Virus record (IMG/VR): IMGVR_UViG_3300037067_018977
Direction: 5' to 3' (one strand)
DNA: 64,000 nt
DNA from: an uncultured virus (IMG/VR IMGVR_UViG_3300037067_018977)
Taxonomy: Duplodnaviria > Heunggongvirae > Uroviricota > Caudoviricetes
In this document: positions 46,851 to 57,122 of the stretch, piece after piece
How positions within the stretch are numbered: position 1 is the first letter of the stretch
Layout of the letters: each line of letters opens with the position of its first letter
Program-made: the position numbers and the translations under genes
Notes under the pieces: generated by a model
The model's input: the letters and a program-made list of their open reading frames with translations, nothing else
What the model was told of the DNA's origin: nothing
Databases searched by the model: none

Positions 46851-48257
46851 ATGACCGACCAGGTGTTTGCGCCCGGCGAGAGTGCCGAGCATCCCTATGG
46901 AGTGCTCTACCAGGGCGAATACGAGACCGAGCACGATGGCACTGCGCGGGCGGTCCGCCTGCATGCTCGGGCGCTGGCAGGCACGGGGATCCCGGTGCTG
47001 CTCAAGAGCTTTTCCTACACGGTGGTGACCGGTGACGGAGTAGCTGAGCCCGTGCACAACGTGGGGCTCACGCCGAGGGTCGTCGCGGAGACGGTCAATC
47101 CACTACGCTTTGCTCAGACCGAGGCCTTGAACATCCTCGCCGGCAAGCCGGACACGATACACCACCGTGGTCAGACCATCGATCAACCTCTGCCTCGTGC
47201 GATGCTGGGCAAGGCGAGCATGCGCAACGCGAGCATCGGCGAGCTGGTGCCGAGCATCAAGCACCTGGTGGTGCGCTCGGACGAGCAGCTGCAGAACGCG
47301 ATCTTGCCCCGTGGCGCGATTCATCACGATCCATCCACGGTGTTGGCGTTGCGGGATGCGATCTACGCGAACACCATCGTCTACTCGGTCTGGGAGAGGG
47401 ATCGGGTCGACACGAAGGTTGCGCGCCAGCTCAGCCGAGTGGGTCAGTGCTGGGTGCCGTGTGAGCAGAATCGGCAGATGCTGATCGCGTCGGGTGTACC
47501 CGCTACACGGGTGCACGTGGTGCCGCACCCGTACGAGCCCACGGCGATGTTGTGCAAGCTCACCCGCCGCAAGCTGACTCCTGCGCCGAAGAGCTTCTAC
47601 AGCATCGGTCGCTGGGAGCCGCGCAAGGGGTACGTGCAGCTGATCGACGCCTTCGCGCAAGCGTTCGGGCCCTCGAACGGCTGCACGCTGACGCTGAAGG
47701 TCACGTTGCGGAACTGGCCGGACTATCCGACGCCCGAGCAGGCCATCGAGTCAGCGTCACGGAGGTTCGGGTGGGACGTGGGCTCCGCGGTGAAGGTGAT
47801 CACCGACACGCTTTCGGAGGACAAGATCCTGAAGCTCCACTTCGATAACACGGTTTACGTCTGCAGCTCCCACGGGGAGGCCTGGGCCCTGCCGGCGTTC
47901 GATGCGAAGGTAGCCGGCAACGCCTTGGTGCACGTGCCCTACGGGGGCACCGCGGACTTCGTTGATCCGGAAGTGGACGTGGCGGTGCCCTACACGGTGA
48001 CCGGCCTGGTGCCTCCTAGCTACGGCTGGAGCCCGGACGCTCGCTGGGCGGAGTTTCGCACCGAAGATCTGGCTACGGCGCTCAAGCACGTTGCCTTGCG
48101 CCGTGAAGGCAACCAGGTGGTGTTTCAGCGCCCCCCTCGCTTCGAGGAGCGGTTTAGCATGAGCGCGGTGGGAGCAACGATGCGCAAGCTCGTGCTTGCG
48201 TTGGTGCGGGAGACCCATCCCCGAGCCGCGGAGTATCTCGGTCGATGCGGCGCCTGA
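46851..48257 (+). CDS. glycosyltransferase (GT-B fold, GT4-like)
   Basis: SIGRWEPRKGYVQLIDAF, SSHGEAWALPAFDA. Confidence 0.88.
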   Translation: MTDQVFAPGESAEHPYGVLYQGEYETEHDGTARAVRLHARALAGTGIPVLLKSFSYTVVTGDGVAEPVHNVGLTPRVVAETVNPLRFAQTEALNILAGKPDTIHHRGQTIDQPLPRAMLGKASMRNASIGELVPSIKHLVVRSDEQLQNAILPRGAIHHDPSTVLALRDAIYANTIVYSVWERDRVDTKVARQLSRVGQCWVPCEQNRQMLIASGVPATRVHVVPHPYEPTAMLCKLTRRKLTPAPKSFYSIGRWEPRKGYVQLIDAFAQAFGPSNGCTLTLKVTLRNWPDYPTPEQAIESASRRFGWDVGSAVKVITDTLSEDKILKLHFDNTVYVCSSHGEAWALPAFDAKVAGNALVHVPYGGTADFVDPEVDVAVPYTVTGLVPPSYGWSPDARWAEFRTEDLATALKHVALRREGNQVVFQRPPRFEERFSMSAVGATMRKLVLALVRETHPRAAEYLGRCGA

Positions 48258-48432
48258 AGCACCGCGCCTTGCGTTGCGCACACGGCTTCTACGCCGGCCT
48301 CTGTACCGAGCGGACCTGTCCGCATTGGGACGGAGTGCGGAGCCAGAAGGACGCTCAGCGCACCATCGTGCACGATGCGTGGGGGAAAAACGAGCCCCCA
48401 AGACACGAAGAGCAGGATGCGGAGCGGCAGCG

Positions 48433-48461
48433 TTGACAGCGGCGCTGTCATGCGATAGGCG
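48433..48461 (+). promoter_or_regulatory. promoter TTGACA-N17-TAGGCG with perfect palindromic operator
   Basis: TGACAGCG-G-CGCTGTCA at 48434-48450; ATG 7 nt below -10. Confidence 0.65.
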
Positions 48462-48468
48462 ATAGGAC

Positions 48469-48852
48469 ATGGCGAGATTGGTCAGGGTCACCGAGCGCGC
48501 AGCAGGCCAGCGCCGTCGCATCGGGGCAATTCAACGCAGCCAAGCAGCGGACCGGAAAGCGCGCGCCCGCGACGCTGCGTTCCGTAAGATGCTGCAGAAC
48601 GGGTTCCACGTCGAGGTCGAGTACGGGGAGAACGAGCTGGACCACCGGGACCTCGACTACGATCTGGAGAGGGAGATCACGAAGCAGGCCCGCGCCGAGC
48701 TGGTGGGCTCGGGGTTTGCTTTCAGGGACGGCGTGCGGGATCTCAGCTTCGGGTACCCGACGCGCGCGAAGGCGGTAGCGGCAGCCAAGCGCATCAAGAA
48801 GGCGTTCGGGCGCAAGGTGAAGGCGCGAGCCACGGGAACGATCTGGCCGTGA
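48469..48852 (+). CDS. hypothetical protein
   Basis: GSGFAFRDGVRDLSF; below promoter. Confidence 0.65.
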   Translation: MARLVRVTERAAGQRRRIGAIQRSQAADRKARARDAAFRKMLQNGFHVEVEYGENELDHRDLDYDLEREITKQARAELVGSGFAFRDGVRDLSFGYPTRAKAVAAAKRIKKAFGRKVKARATGTIWP

Positions 48853-49238
48853 CCACGCATCGGGAAGCGCTCCAGGAGCTGCGGGATGCAGCGTGGGAGG
48901 TGATGCACCGCTACGCGGACGACGCGGAGGTGAGGTACCTGCTGCGCGCGTTGCAGCAAGCCGACCAAGCGCTCGACGCGCCGGAGCCGCCCGCGCCACC
49001 GGTGATCGAGTGGTCGGGTTCGGAGTGGCCGGACAAGAGCTGCCGCGCGGTGCACGTGAAGATCGGGAAGTTCACGGAGGTAGTGAGCGATCGCCCCGTC
49101 ACGTGGGCTCGGCACATCCTGAACGCGATGGTGAGCGGCCTCACCCGGGGCCGGTTTGGCTCTCCCGTGAACCGAGCGTGGCAACCCAGGGACCAGAGCA
49201 CGCATCGGCTGCTGGAGAGGCTGGACGCCACCGAATGA
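48849..49238 (+). CDS. hypothetical protein
   Basis: GTGA coupling. Confidence 0.55.
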   Translation: MTTHREALQELRDAAWEVMHRYADDAEVRYLLRALQQADQALDAPEPPAPPVIEWSGSEWPDKSCRAVHVKIGKFTEVVSDRPVTWARHILNAMVSGLTRGRFGSPVNRAWQPRDQSTHRLLERLDATE

Positions 49239-49523
49239 GCCGGCGAGCCGTCAGTATGCGGTGCAACGGATGCCACCAGCTCTCCGAGGGCGTGCTGGTG
49301 GACGCGCCGCTGCCTGACCTGCCCAATACGCTCTGGGTGCGCCCGCCGCGGGGCTGGTTTACGACGACCGCGTTTCTGGATCCTGGAGACGTGGTCGGTA
49401 ACGAAGACACGGGCGCAGAAGGCCAAGTGGGTACCAAGGGCGGCATCCTGGCGATCGTGGTGTGCGAGCGGTGCATGGCGCTCGGCCGCGTGGTGAAGAC
49501 GGACGACAAGGACACGAACTGAG

Positions 49524-50090
49524 ATGACTACGCGCTTTTTCTTCGATACGGAGTTCATCGAGGACGGCAAGACCATCGATCTCATCTCGCTCGGCATGGT
49601 TGCCGTGGTGCGCGGACCCGGGCCTGCGGCGCCCGGTGTGCTGAGTCGGCACCCTCCGAAGGATCCGGCGGAGCCGTGGGTCCATGGGGAGTTCTACGTC
49701 GTGAACTCCGAGTGCGATCACAGTCGAGCTGACCCGTGGGTGACCGAGCACGTGCTGACGAAGTTGCCGGCGAATCGTGGGCACTGGATACCGAGACAGC
49801 TCATCCGGGAACGGCTCGAAGCGTTCGTGAGGCAGTACCCGCCGCCCTATCAGTTCTGGGCGTACTTCGCGGACTACGACTGGGTGGTGCTCTGTCAGCT
49901 GTTCGGGAAGATGATCGATCTTCCGAAGGGCTTCCCGATGTTCTGCCACGACGTGAAGCAGGAGATGAGCCGCCTCGGCTTCCGCAAGGAGATGCTGCCG
50001 AGCGGGGATACCACGCTGGACCACGACGCTCTGCATGATGCGAAGTGGGCGTTTCACGCCTGGCGTGCGATGGGACTGGGTTCACCATGA
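49524..50090 (+). CDS. DEDDh 3'-5' exoribonuclease (Rv2179c-like)
   Basis: FFDTEF, YDWVVLCQLFG, HDALHDA motifs. Confidence 0.9.
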   Translation: MTTRFFFDTEFIEDGKTIDLISLGMVAVVRGPGPAAPGVLSRHPPKDPAEPWVHGEFYVVNSECDHSRADPWVTEHVLTKLPANRGHWIPRQLIRERLEAFVRQYPPPYQFWAYFADYDWVVLCQLFGKMIDLPKGFPMFCHDVKQEMSRLGFRKEMLPSGDTTLDHDALHDAKWAFHAWRAMGLGSP

Positions 50091-50911
50091 GCGAACAGCT
50101 CTGCAACCAGTGTGGGCAGACGCTGTGCCCTTCCAAGCAGGTCGACGATGCGTACGGCCTGGTGGATGCCGAAGTGTCGGGAGGTTACTTCTCGGAAGGC
50201 CTGCTCGACATGACGACGTACCGATTCTCGCTTTGCGAGCAGTGCCTGCGGGCGATGTTCCGGAAGTTCAAGGTGCCGCCGAAGATCACCTGCGACGGGG
50301 AGAACGTTCCGTACGAGCAGGAGGCGCGCGACTTTCGGAACGATCGATGGCGCAGGGAGGGCGGTGAAAATCAAAAACTTCCAACTGGTCGGTGCAACGC
50401 GACCATGGAGTGCGAGCGGCCGGCAGTGGTGAGGGAGATGCTTAGCGGACACCTGACGAATCGGTCGTTCTGTTTGCCGTGCGCGGAACGGTATCGTTCC
50501 ATGAACTCCGACTGGGTCTCCGAGGAGCTGGTGGCGGACATTCCGGTGCCCGAGGCCGAGCAGACCGGAGAGCAGACCGAGCGCGTGCTGCAGGTGTGGT
50601 TGGGCACGCTTACGACCACGCGCCCGACGTGGTTTCGGGTCGTGAGCGAAACGGTGCGACGGCTGACGCGCTGTCCGGAGAAGACGGGCGCCATTTGGCT
50701 ACCGGCTGACGTTGCGCGTCCCGAGTGGCTGGCTCCCAATCTGAACGCCTACGTCCTCCGGAACGGGACTCTCTTCTACGCAGCGCGCGAGGAAATCGAG
50801 GCGCTGGTGGTGCCCAAGCGCGACGTGTCGGACTACTACTACCGGGAACGAGAGCAGACGCCTGCCACGCGCAAGGGCGGCGTGCTCACTGACGTAGCGG
50901 AGGAGGAGTAA
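50087..50911 (+). CDS. Cys-rich hypothetical protein
   Basis: Several CxxC; ATGA coupling. Confidence 0.6.
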   Translation: MSEQLCNQCGQTLCPSKQVDDAYGLVDAEVSGGYFSEGLLDMTTYRFSLCEQCLRAMFRKFKVPPKITCDGENVPYEQEARDFRNDRWRREGGENQKLPTGRCNATMECERPAVVREMLSGHLTNRSFCLPCAERYRSMNSDWVSEELVADIPVPEAEQTGEQTERVLQVWLGTLTTTRPTWFRVVSETVRRLTRCPEKTGAIWLPADVARPEWLAPNLNAYVLRNGTLFYAAREEIEALVVPKRDVSDYYYREREQTPATRKGGVLTDVAEEE

Positions 50912-50915
50912 CAAA

Positions 50916-51215
50916 ATGACGGAAGCAATGACACAGGCCGACGCGCTGCACGTGTTCCACCAGGGGGATGACGGTTGGTGGGTGGTTGCTCGGGATCCGG
51001 AGGACGCCTGGGATGTGGCGCTTGTAGGATTTGGCGGAGACCGCGCCGACTACGAGTCCGACTCGGTCTTCGAGCAGTGGCCCGATGACCGCCCGCTCAC
51101 CATCTTGTGCAACGCGGAAGGCCACCCCGACGAATCGGGCGAGCACGTCACTCGCCCCTGTGGCGAGTGGGCCGCGCGGGAGGGCCGGGGAATTCTCTGC
51201 AGCCGGGACTACTGA
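50916..51215 (+). CDS. hypothetical protein
   Basis: GGAGGAG SD. Confidence 0.6.
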   Translation: MTEAMTQADALHVFHQGDDGWWVVARDPEDAWDVALVGFGGDRADYESDSVFEQWPDDRPLTILCNAEGHPDESGEHVTRPCGEWAAREGRGILCSRDY

Positions 51216-51415
51216 TTCATGGCCAAGGACGACGACGATGATCCGCTTTGTCGCTGCGGTAAGCCCGCGCCGCTCGACGTGTCGATCACTGCGGGTCCGC
51301 CGTTTGGGATGAGCGGCCGGCGCACGGAGCTGAGTCTGACCACGGTGGCGTGTCGCGATTGCGCGTTTGCGGCGGGCAAGCTGATGTTGGAATTCCTGGA
51401 CGGAAAGAAGGGCAC

Positions 51416-52084
51416 ATGCAACTGAACGAACTGCGAGACACGAGCTTCGAGATCGCCAAAAGCAAAGGCTGGCACGATCCGGAGGTGGACACGGCCACGT
51501 TCGGGGATCGGATCGCGCTGGTGATGACCGAGCTGGCCGAGGCGATGGAAGACCACCGCGTGGGCAAGCCACCGCGCCAGATCGAGTACATCAAGGAAGG
51601 CGCGCCGCCGGTGCGCTACACCGGCGATCACGAGAACCTCCACCAAGTGGGCGAGGAGCAGATTCGGAAGACGGCCATGAGCCTGGCCAGCTCCGGCTAC
51701 AAGCCGTGCGGAATCATCATCGAGCTGGCGGACGTGGTGATCCGGCTGGGAGATCTCTCGGGGAGGTACGAGCTGAACTTCGCGGCCGAGGAGTCCTCCA
51801 TCGCTCAGCTGGTGGATAAAACGGATCTGACGGAGAACTCGGTATTGGAGCTACCGACGTTCGGGGAATGGATCTGCGGTATCACCGTGCACCTGCTCAA
51901 TGCCTGGCAGATACACGAAGGTTCGACGGCTGCAGCGTCAGCGGATATAGCGAGCGCGATCCGTGGCACCTGCGGGTTCGCCAAGTCGCTGGGGATCACC
52001 GGCGCGGAGTTCGAGCGGGCGATCGAGATCAAGCATGCGTTCAACCGCACGCGCCCGGTGCGGCACGGAGGCAAGAAGCTGTGA
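51416..52084 (+). CDS. MazG-like nucleotide pyrophosphohydrolase
   Basis: KGWH, ALVMTELAEAME, ELADVVIR, K..FN.TRP.RHGGK. Confidence 0.88.
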   Translation: MQLNELRDTSFEIAKSKGWHDPEVDTATFGDRIALVMTELAEAMEDHRVGKPPRQIEYIKEGAPPVRYTGDHENLHQVGEEQIRKTAMSLASSGYKPCGIIIELADVVIRLGDLSGRYELNFAAEESSIAQLVDKTDLTENSVLELPTFGEWICGITVHLLNAWQIHEGSTAAASADIASAIRGTCGFAKSLGITGAEFERAIEIKHAFNRTRPVRHGGKKL

Positions 52085-52695
52085 ATCCGGAAGACCACTG
52101 GATGCAGACGTTCACGGGGCGGAAGTTCTATCCGCTCGCGCCGCGCGTCGAGGACATCGTGATCGAGGACATCGCGCACGCGCTGGCGCAGATCTGCCGC
52201 TGGGGTGGGCACTGCATGTACCACTTCTCGGTGGCCCAGCACTCCCTGAACGTCTCCTACATGGTGCAGGAGATGAACGGCTCACCCCGAGCCTGCCTGC
52301 TCGGCCTGCTCCACGACGCTCAGGAAGCGTACCTGGGAGACATGGTACGGCCACTCAAGATGGCGGACGCCATGGAGGCCTACCGCGAGGCCGAGGACAG
52401 GCTGGAACGCGCGGTCTGGGAGCGGTTCGGGCTCCAGGAGACCGACCAGCGGCTGGTCAAGGGCGTGGACCGGCGCATGTGCGTGACCGAAGGCGAGATC
52501 ATCATGGGCCCGCGGCCGATGATCTGGCACGAGGCGGAGCCGCCCTTCGGCAGGCCCTGGCCGGATGGCATGGTGATCGGCGAGCTGGGGGTTCCGAAAC
52601 ACGCTGGTGCTTTGGGTGCGCTCGCGGGGATGCCCCGTCAGCCGGTGGACGTCGAGACGGAATTCCTGCAGCGGTTCCGGGAGCTGGCAGCATGA
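52081..52695 (+). CDS. HD-domain 5'-deoxynucleotidase (YfbR-like)
   Basis: IEDIAHALA..CRWGGH, SVAQHS, LLHDAQEAYLGD..RPLK. Confidence 0.92.
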   Translation: MNPEDHWMQTFTGRKFYPLAPRVEDIVIEDIAHALAQICRWGGHCMYHFSVAQHSLNVSYMVQEMNGSPRACLLGLLHDAQEAYLGDMVRPLKMADAMEAYREAEDRLERAVWERFGLQETDQRLVKGVDRRMCVTEGEIIMGPRPMIWHEAEPPFGRPWPDGMVIGELGVPKHAGALGALAGMPRQPVDVETEFLQRFRELAA

Positions 52696-53417
52696 AGGGC
52701 GTGTTCGTGGTGTTCGAGGGCATCGACGGCTCGGGCAAGAGCACGCAGGCACAGAGGTTCGTGTCCGCGCTGCGACGCGCCGAGTCCGAACGCACGGTGC
52801 TACTTACAGCGGAGCCGAGCCAGAAGGAAATCGGGCAGTTGATCCGCTCGATGCTCGTCGCGCGCCCCGTGCTGGCCACGCAGGGTGCCTGGAGCTATCC
52901 CTGGCGCGCGATGACGCTGCTGTTTGCGGCGGATCGCGCGGCGCACCTGGCCAACGTGATCGATCCTGCTCTCGACAAGGGAGCCATCGTGGTGTGCGAC
53001 CGCTACATCCTGAGCACGGTGGCCTACCAGCTGGCGAGCGCGCTAGGGGAACTGAAGGCACAGGGCATTGACCTCGGGCCCGGGTTCCGGCGCGCGACGC
53101 GGGCGACGCTGGCGGAGTGGCTCCGGGACGTGTTTGCGCCGTTCACGAAGGCCAACGTGACGTTCGTGCTGGAGATGCCGGTGGACGCGGCGCTCGCGCG
53201 GCTCAAGCGTCGTGGTGGGGCGCGCGATTGCTACGAAACGGATACGCACCTGCGCGAGACCGCGGACATCTACTGGTCCGCCACGAACACGCACGAGTTC
53301 AATTGGTGCGGCGCGCCCGCGCAGAGTATCGACGCGACGGGTAGCGAAGACGAAGTGGCGGAGCGGATCCAGAAGAACTGGAAGCAGCTCCAGAAGGTCA
53401 AGCAATGGCCGCGGTGA
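52692..53417 (+). CDS. tmk: thymidylate kinase
   Basis: FEGIDGSGKSTQ, EP, LLFAADR, CDRY..S..AYQ. Confidence 0.93.
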   Translation: MKGVFVVFEGIDGSGKSTQAQRFVSALRRAESERTVLLTAEPSQKEIGQLIRSMLVARPVLATQGAWSYPWRAMTLLFAADRAAHLANVIDPALDKGAIVVCDRYILSTVAYQLASALGELKAQGIDLGPGFRRATRATLAEWLRDVFAPFTKANVTFVLEMPVDAALARLKRRGGARDCYETDTHLRETADIYWSATNTHEFNWCGAPAQSIDATGSEDEVAERIQKNWKQLQKVKQWPR

Positions 53418-53929
53418 CTCCCGTGGACGCTCTGCGGCAGCTGGTGACGCTCGACGCGCTGGCCGGATGCGAAGTGCTGCCGCTCATCCGGGTGGCTAGG
53501 CTAGCCATTAATGCGCAGCTCGATCAGCTGGAGAGTGTGCGCGAGCATCCCGAGTGGGGAGGCCAAGCGCATCGCCGACTTTCGGCGTTCGCTCGAAACC
53601 GACCGCTGTTCGGGGACTGGTTCGTGCCGGTGCGTCCGCACCCGGAGTCCCGCGCCTTCAAGATGAAGGCCATCCTGGTGTATCGTCCCCTGCGCGCCGA
53701 AGTCGGAGCGGTCTATTACCGGGAGGCTCCCACTGCGTTCGCAGCCTTGTGGCAGGCGTTGTACGAGAAGTCGCCGGCACGCCGCCTCGGCGGTCGCCTG
53801 CCTAGTCCCACGGTGCACGCCGCGGCCCAGCTGTTCGTGGATCTCCAGGCCGCGGTGCGCGCGAGCTGGGACTGGCTGCGTTTCGATGAAGCGCACAGTG
53901 ATCTCTTGATCCGGAGGCTCGGAGCATGA
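53405..53929 (+). CDS. hypothetical protein
   Basis: Coupled ORF; TLDALAG near N-terminus. Confidence 0.55.
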   Translation: MAAVTPVDALRQLVTLDALAGCEVLPLIRVARLAINAQLDQLESVREHPEWGGQAHRRLSAFARNRPLFGDWFVPVRPHPESRAFKMKAILVYRPLRAEVGAVYYREAPTAFAALWQALYEKSPARRLGGRLPSPTVHAAAQLFVDLQAAVRASWDWLRFDEAHSDLLIRRLGA

Positions 53930-54576
53930 CTGCAGCGGAGAAGCATCTCCGGCGGCTCCAGTGGGAGATCGCTCGGATGTACGAGAATCACCAGCTGCTC
54001 GACGAGCAGTACTGGGCTGAGGGCCGTGGTGCGCGTTGGCTGATTGGTCAGGCCGACACCAACGTGATGAAAACCGAGATCATCGCCGGCATCTGCGGGT
54101 CGCTGCTCGTGCACGGCGACTGCGACACGGCGCGCTTCGCGTACTACTCCGATCACCGGGACGCCTGGCGTCGGCTCTGCTGGATGGGATGTTGTCGCGA
54201 TCTCGGCTACTACGTGGCGCAGAAGTACTCCATCGGCATGGCGCGCTCGGGAGCGGGGTCTGATACGTACGACGAAGAGGTGGCGCAGGACGACTTACGG
54301 CGGAGGATCGCCGAGGAGATCGAGTGCGGCCGAGAGCCGGACGACCCGCTCATTGTCCTGCTGCATGAGGCGCTCGAATCGCACACCGAGAGCGAGCACG
54401 AACTCCGGATGTTCCTCTCCGAGAACGACAAGGGTTGGGACCTATGGGAGTGGAGATTTGGTGAGGTCATTGCAACTCCGGTGGTGACGGGGCACCTGGC
54501 GCTCCAGCGCTGCGTGTATCTCCTGGTGGACAAATACGGGTGGGACGGACCGCCTGCATGCCGGAGGCAGCCCTGA
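53926..54576 (+). CDS. hypothetical phage protein
   Basis: LLVHGD...YVAQK pattern; ATGA coupling. Confidence 0.65.
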   Translation: MTAAEKHLRRLQWEIARMYENHQLLDEQYWAEGRGARWLIGQADTNVMKTEIIAGICGSLLVHGDCDTARFAYYSDHRDAWRRLCWMGCCRDLGYYVAQKYSIGMARSGAGSDTYDEEVAQDDLRRRIAEEIECGREPDDPLIVLLHEALESHTESEHELRMFLSENDKGWDLWEWRFGEVIATPVVTGHLALQRCVYLLVDKYGWDGPPACRRQP

Positions 54577-54947
54577 CCCGCGTGCTGGTGACCGGCAGCC
54601 GCGGCTGGACGGACGAAGCCAGGATTAGGGCGGCGTTCGCGGCGGTGGAGGAGCGGACTCCGCGTCCCTGGATCTTGGTCGTCGGTGACGCTCGGGGCGC
54701 CGATCAGCTCGCTCGGAAAGAAGCGGCCCTCCGCGGCTGGGAGACCGAGATGTGGATAGCGGACTGGGACCGCTACGGCCGGCGAGCTGGCTTCCGCCGG
54801 AACGCGGAGATGGTGGAGCGTGGCGCTGACCTCGCGCTCGCATTTTGGGATGGTCAGAGCCGGGGAACGGCGCACGCCATGCAGCTCTGCCGCGCGAAAG
54901 GGATCTTTTTGGAAGTGTTCGAGGTGGACGATGTGTCACGCAGCTGA
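54558..54947 (+). CDS. SLOG superfamily (YspA/DUF2493-like) protein
   Basis: RVLVTGSR, GDARGAD, AGFRRNAEM, AFWDGQSRGT. Confidence 0.9.
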   Translation: MPEAALTRVLVTGSRGWTDEARIRAAFAAVEERTPRPWILVVGDARGADQLARKEAALRGWETEMWIADWDRYGRRAGFRRNAEMVERGADLALAFWDGQSRGTAHAMQLCRAKGIFLEVFEVDDVSRS

Positions 54948-55260
54948 TGAAGTTTACGACGTCTACGATGAGACATTTCCGCGCGCGCGAAAGGAGCACC
55001 AATGCAGCGCCTGTCGCGAAACGATCGCGCCGGGTCAGCGTTACGCGCGCGTCGGAATCGTCTTTCAAAAGGAAGCCGAGACGGTGGTGAGGTGCCTGCG
55101 CTGTCAGCGCATTCACGAGCACCTGCGCGACTTGGCGCCAGGAGATCTCTGGCCTGACGAGCACCTGAACTGTGGGCAGAAGTACCTCGACACGTGGGGC
55201 ACGGAGCCTCCCGAGGAAATTGCGAAGCTGGCCTTTGCGCTGCCGGGGGAAGTCACATGA
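54931..55260 (+). CDS. Zn-binding hypothetical phage protein
   Basis: RARKEHQCSAC...IAPGQRY...CLRC. Confidence 0.7.
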   Translation: MCHAADEVYDVYDETFPRARKEHQCSACRETIAPGQRYARVGIVFQKEAETVVRCLRCQRIHEHLRDLAPGDLWPDEHLNCGQKYLDTWGTEPPEEIAKLAFALPGEVT

Positions 55261-56321
55261 GCGCTAGGCTTTACAGTCGAGCGATCGGACAGAGTTCGCA
55301 GGCGCAGGTGTCGCGCGGGTTCCGGGAGGCGCTCCAAGCGGCGGGCGCGCTCGCGGGTGAGTATGCGATGGACATCGAGCCGCTGCCGGAGGAGCCGGCG
55401 CGCCCGGGCGCGGCCGCGCCGCACGGGATCTGGACGGCGCCGCTTGCGCACCTTCAGACGCTGCGCCAGGCGGGCCGCCATGCGCGCCGCTGGGTGATGG
55501 TGGCCCCGAACAGCACCTGGATGCCACCCGGGCTCCTGAGCCTGCTGGAAGCCACGGCCACGGGCTTGCTGGCGCCCTCGGGCTGGGCCGCGGAGGTGCT
55601 TCGGGAGCTGACACCGTTTCCGGTCACCGTGGTGCGCCATGGCGTGCACCCCGAGCTGACCGTGGCGCAGCCGACCACGGTCAAGCTTCTCGGGATGGAC
55701 TACACGCTGGGGCGGTTCCGGGTGGGGCACTTCTCCACCAGCGAGCGCCAGCGGAAGGGGACCCGGGAGCTGATTGCGGCCTGGGAGCTGCTGCAGCAGC
55801 GCCAGGCGCTGCCCAGCTCGGCGCAGCTCTTCCTGGTGCTGGACGCGCCAGCCGAGACCCAGCTCATCCTGGAGTTCGAGGGGAAGTTTCCGCCAGGCGT
55901 GGTCCTCCGCTCGCGGCTGAATCTTCCCGCTGGCTCGATGGCGCCGATGCTCCAGTCCCTGCACCTGGTCTGCCAGCCCTCGCGCGGGGAGGCCTTTGGC
56001 CTCGTGCCGCTCGAAAGCCTGGCGTGTGGTACACCGGTCGTGGCCACGGCCTGCACGGGGCACAGCGAGTATCTGTCCCCAAGCACGCCCGGCGCGGTGG
56101 TCGTGGAGCATGGTCCGACCGGCCCGATCGACGACGGGGACGGGGCGTGGGGTCCGACCGTCAGCCCTGACGCCATTGCTGCCGCCGTGGAAATCGGCTA
56201 CCAGCGCTGGACGGAGCTGAAGGTGGCAGCGAGCCAGCATGCGGGATCCGTGCAGACAGCCTGGGCCTGGCCGCAGGTGCTGGGCCCGTTCATTGAGCAG
56301 ATGCAGAAAGAAGAACCATGA
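55257..56321 (+). CDS. glycosyltransferase (GT4-like)
   Basis: QRKGTRELI, PSRGEAFGLVPLESLACGTPVV. Confidence 0.9.
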   Translation: MSARLYSRAIGQSSQAQVSRGFREALQAAGALAGEYAMDIEPLPEEPARPGAAAPHGIWTAPLAHLQTLRQAGRHARRWVMVAPNSTWMPPGLLSLLEATATGLLAPSGWAAEVLRELTPFPVTVVRHGVHPELTVAQPTTVKLLGMDYTLGRFRVGHFSTSERQRKGTRELIAAWELLQQRQALPSSAQLFLVLDAPAETQLILEFEGKFPPGVVLRSRLNLPAGSMAPMLQSLHLVCQPSRGEAFGLVPLESLACGTPVVATACTGHSEYLSPSTPGAVVVEHGPTGPIDDGDGAWGPTVSPDAIAAAVEIGYQRWTELKVAASQHAGSVQTAWAWPQVLGPFIEQMQKEEP

Positions 56322-56633
56322 AAGTCAGCGACTACCAGGACTTTTTCGACGTGCCCGTGGCTGTGCAACTTCGGCAGCCATCCATGATCGTGGACAACGA
56401 CGGGGAGCCCCGAAACCGGATGCAACATGGCAACCGGGAATATGGCGTGCCGCAGCCCGTGGTCATGCAGGGCAATCCAGCCGCTCAGCTCATGCTGGTG
56501 GGAGTCCTGGTTCCTTCCAAGAGCGAGGAGCTGTTGACGTTCCGGAGCAAAGGCGAGCGCGGCGCGGTGATCGTGACCACGCTGCTGCCCGATCAGATCN
56601 NNNNNNNNNGCTCATCACCTCGCCGGGGAACTG

Positions 56634-57122
56634 ATGCCCGCCCCGGAACTCGATCTCGCGTTCCACCACGGTGTGGAACAGGAGCGCCAGAAGTGGCAAG
56701 CGATCTTCGGTACCAAGCCAGGGTTTGGGCCCAAGAACGCGGACGAAGGCAAGGTGTTCCTGGAGCAGTCCTTGCGGGTGCACGAAGAGCGCGCGGTGCA
56801 CGAGGTGCGGCAGCGCTGCCACGCGCAACGGCGCGAGCTGCGCCGCCTGAATCAGAAGATCCTGGCGATGCGCGCGGTAATGACGGGATCCTACTGCAAC
56901 GACGTCGGGGAGCTGCGGGTGCGGCTCGCGACCAGCGAGAACAACTGGCGCAAGGAACGCGCCGAGCGCCAACGGCTCGAAGGTGAGTTGTTCCGGCTGC
57001 GGGAGAAGGTGGAGCCACTGTTCCCGTTGCTCGACCTGCAGCTGTCACCGGACGAAATGCGCGCGCTGCAGACTTCGCGTACCGAGCCTTCACCAGAACC
57101 CGAAAGGAACGAATCCCCATGA
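56634..57122 (+). CDS. coiled-coil hypothetical protein
   Basis: Protein-like ORF coupled to next. Confidence 0.55.
   Translation: MPAPELDLAFHHGVEQERQKWQAIFGTKPGFGPKNADEGKVFLEQSLRVHEERAVHEVRQRCHAQRRELRRLNQKILAMRAVMTGSYCNDVGELRVRLATSENNWRKERAERQRLEGELFRLREKVEPLFPLLDLQLSPDEMRALQTSRTEPSPEPERNESP

Noticed and set aside
51416..53417. 2-aminoadenine (Z) genome pathway call
   Set aside because: No PurZ in the window; the enzymes are generic phage families
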